From assembly GCF_000002075.1 (NCBI RefSeq), contig NW_004797457.1:733612-797611 (forward strand): a DNA stretch of 64,000 nt, given 5' to 3'. Below are positions 62,088-64,000 of the stretch, in pieces. The position numbers were made by a program, and so were the translations under genes. This DNA is from Aplysia californica (Eukaryota). The first letter of the stretch is position 1. Every line of letters starts with the position of its first letter. The notes below the pieces were generated by a model that was not told where the DNA came from, did not search any database, and was given only the letters and a program-made list of their open reading frames with translations.

Positions 62088-63089
62088 GTAAAGGCAAAGG
62101 TTGTCTCTATTTTGCTCCTTTTTAATCCAAACCTGATACCAATACTTAACTTGAAACATTGGGTAAAAGAAACTGGGAGTAACCCCCCTCCCCATCATTC
62201 GTAACTGACTTGATGAACTTGATGTTGTCCACAGAGGCCTGAGATTGCAGTGGGGTTGGTGCTTTTGCTTTGTTTTACAGGGACAGGAAAAACTAGCTGG
62301 CTGTGTTAGTATGTGTGTGTGTGGGGGATGTTGTTTGTTTGGTGTGTGTGTGTTTTATGCTGTTCCTTTACCATTGTATTGGGCAGAAGAGAACTAAAAA
62401 TGATAGACCCTAAATGAGAACATGAAAAGGAACAGACATTGTGGGTAGTTTCTTACTTTTTTAAAATCAGCGTTATGTTAGAATTAGACATCACAAGACC
62501 TAGTCTGTACTAAATAAGTCCTTTTTATTTTTACACATTGTTAGAGTTGACAGTGCTAGGTCATGTGTAATACAGAAGGCAGGTGTACCAGAACAGATGG
62601 TAACATCAGCTCTTTTTGACTCAGTTCACAGGATATTTAGACATCTGAATTGTTAAACTTGTCAGTGCCTCCCATACATTGACAGGATATGTTTTGTTTG
62701 TTTGTTGTTGTTTTTTAAGATGAAAGAATTTTTGTTGTATATTGGTGGTCTATTTTTGACACTCTGTATCACTTGAGATGTCTAGTGTTTGAGTTTATGC
62801 TCATGCAAGAACATTTGCCTTTGCTCTGAAAATAGTGTTACTGTTGAAAGAAAAAAAAAAGTAACGAGTCATTTCAGTGTTTTTCTCACCCTGTAAAGCA
62901 TGGTCCAATGAAGGTGTTCATTTTATCTGCCATGGTGATTATATGGTTATTTTCATTTTATAGAACTTTTTTAAGGAACATCTTTTTCGACTTCCAATCA
63001 AGTTGTGATGGTGTTGTTCTAAGTCAGAAAGTTGGTTCAATATTTGTTTTACTTTGCTATTGACTGCTTGTATGTTTTGTCTTGCTCAG

Positions 63090-63141
63090 AGTGAAGATGA
63101 CGTATCCAAGAGAGAACATGCCCATGGAATCGAACACTTGA
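63090..63141 (+). CDS. Candidate terminal coding exon (R-VKMTYPRENMPMESNT*)
   Basis: ttttgtcttgctcag|AGTG in phase 2; AATAAA at 63648 and ~63932 downstream; a competing acceptor at 62280 would give R-DRKN*. Confidence 0.4.
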
Positions 63142-64000
63142 TGCAGCTCAGCAGCTGGTTAAACCACGGCAAACATTAATAAGTGCAATTCTTTCCCATG
63201 AACTTTGTGATATTTCGTGATTCATACATTTGTACCATGCTATTGATGTGCAAGTGTCAGCTCTTAACAATCCTCCATATGAATCTTTAAACGTGTATAT
63301 TTTATTAAGTCAGGAAAAATCATGTTGACATATTTTATATTATTTTTTTGTCCTTGATTTCCAGACGATTGTTTACATGAAATAATTTCAGTATTGTTTT
63401 CTTGGATCAAATCAAAGCACCATATACATTGAGTAAATTTCATATATTTTTAAAATCCGAAATGCTCATTGAATAGTGATTATTTATTCATTTATTGTTT
63501 TGGGGGTTTTTTTGTCACTGATTTTCTGTCAAGTGATATTCTAGATATTATATTATATTGACTTAAGCCGAGTGCTGATATATTATTTTTAATCAGCTAG
63601 TGGTTTCTCAGTAAATTACTTTTTTGTTGGAAAATGGCATTCTTTGGAATAAAAAGCAGCGAGTTTTGCTTTTTTTTCTTCAATTGGGTTTGAGATATTC
63701 TGATGTCCCTTAATGACCTTATAAAACAATTGAAAGTGAAATGTTCCTACTTATGGTGCAACACCCAGTGGTGTGTTTGTACGTGGTTTGTGTAATTTTC
63801 TAGTTTTATTATCAACTGGCTCGAAAATAATCGTATAGTTAATCTCTCAGAATCTGTTTTCTGAATTAAGTTTATTGTGGTCATGAACGAAGAGTATTCC
63901 TTGCAATGACACAGTGTAGTGGGTTGTTTTAAATAAAACATGCCTGAAAAATGTCTCAATGGTCACCAGTACTTCTTTTATAGGTCTTCCGTCTATGAAT

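Overview
Intron-rich animal genomic DNA (AT-rich; repeat content and protein style suggest a lophotrochozoan, probably a gastropod mollusc, which is an inference) with five N-gaps (19234-19333, 38284-38554, 42584-43142, 49909-50008, 56871-57044). The main feature is a + strand DBHS-family RNA-binding gene (NONO/SFPQ/PSPC1/nonA/Hrp65-like). It can be spliced by hand through 10 GT-AG coding exons from ATG 5281 to TAA 45098 (2079 nt, 692 aa: RRM1-RRM2-NOPS-coiled coil, low-complexity tail, C-terminal KRMRRC basic NLS-like end). A 10,175-bp block (9059-19233 = 19334-29508, offset 10,275, at least 6 SNPs, joined by exactly 100 N) duplicates exons 2-3 and is most likely an uncollapsed-haplotype assembly artefact. 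Intron 1 is a dense nest of non-autonomous DNA transposons: MULE-like with 9-bp TSDs, TAG-ended elements with 7-bp TSDs, a piggyBac-like TTAA element and a frameshifted pogo-like PHD-finger remnant. Later introns carry SINE-like retroposons sharing one 3' stem-loop tail. Downstream, a phase-compatible exon chain (57661-59515, 60767-61160, 61851-62087, plus a terminal exon) encodes about 830 aa of acidic Ser-rich and Gln/Ala-rich disordered sequence with no visible first exon. It may be a very long alternative C-terminus of the DBHS protein, the best candidate for something undescribed here. No CRISPR, rRNA or bona fide tRNA was found.
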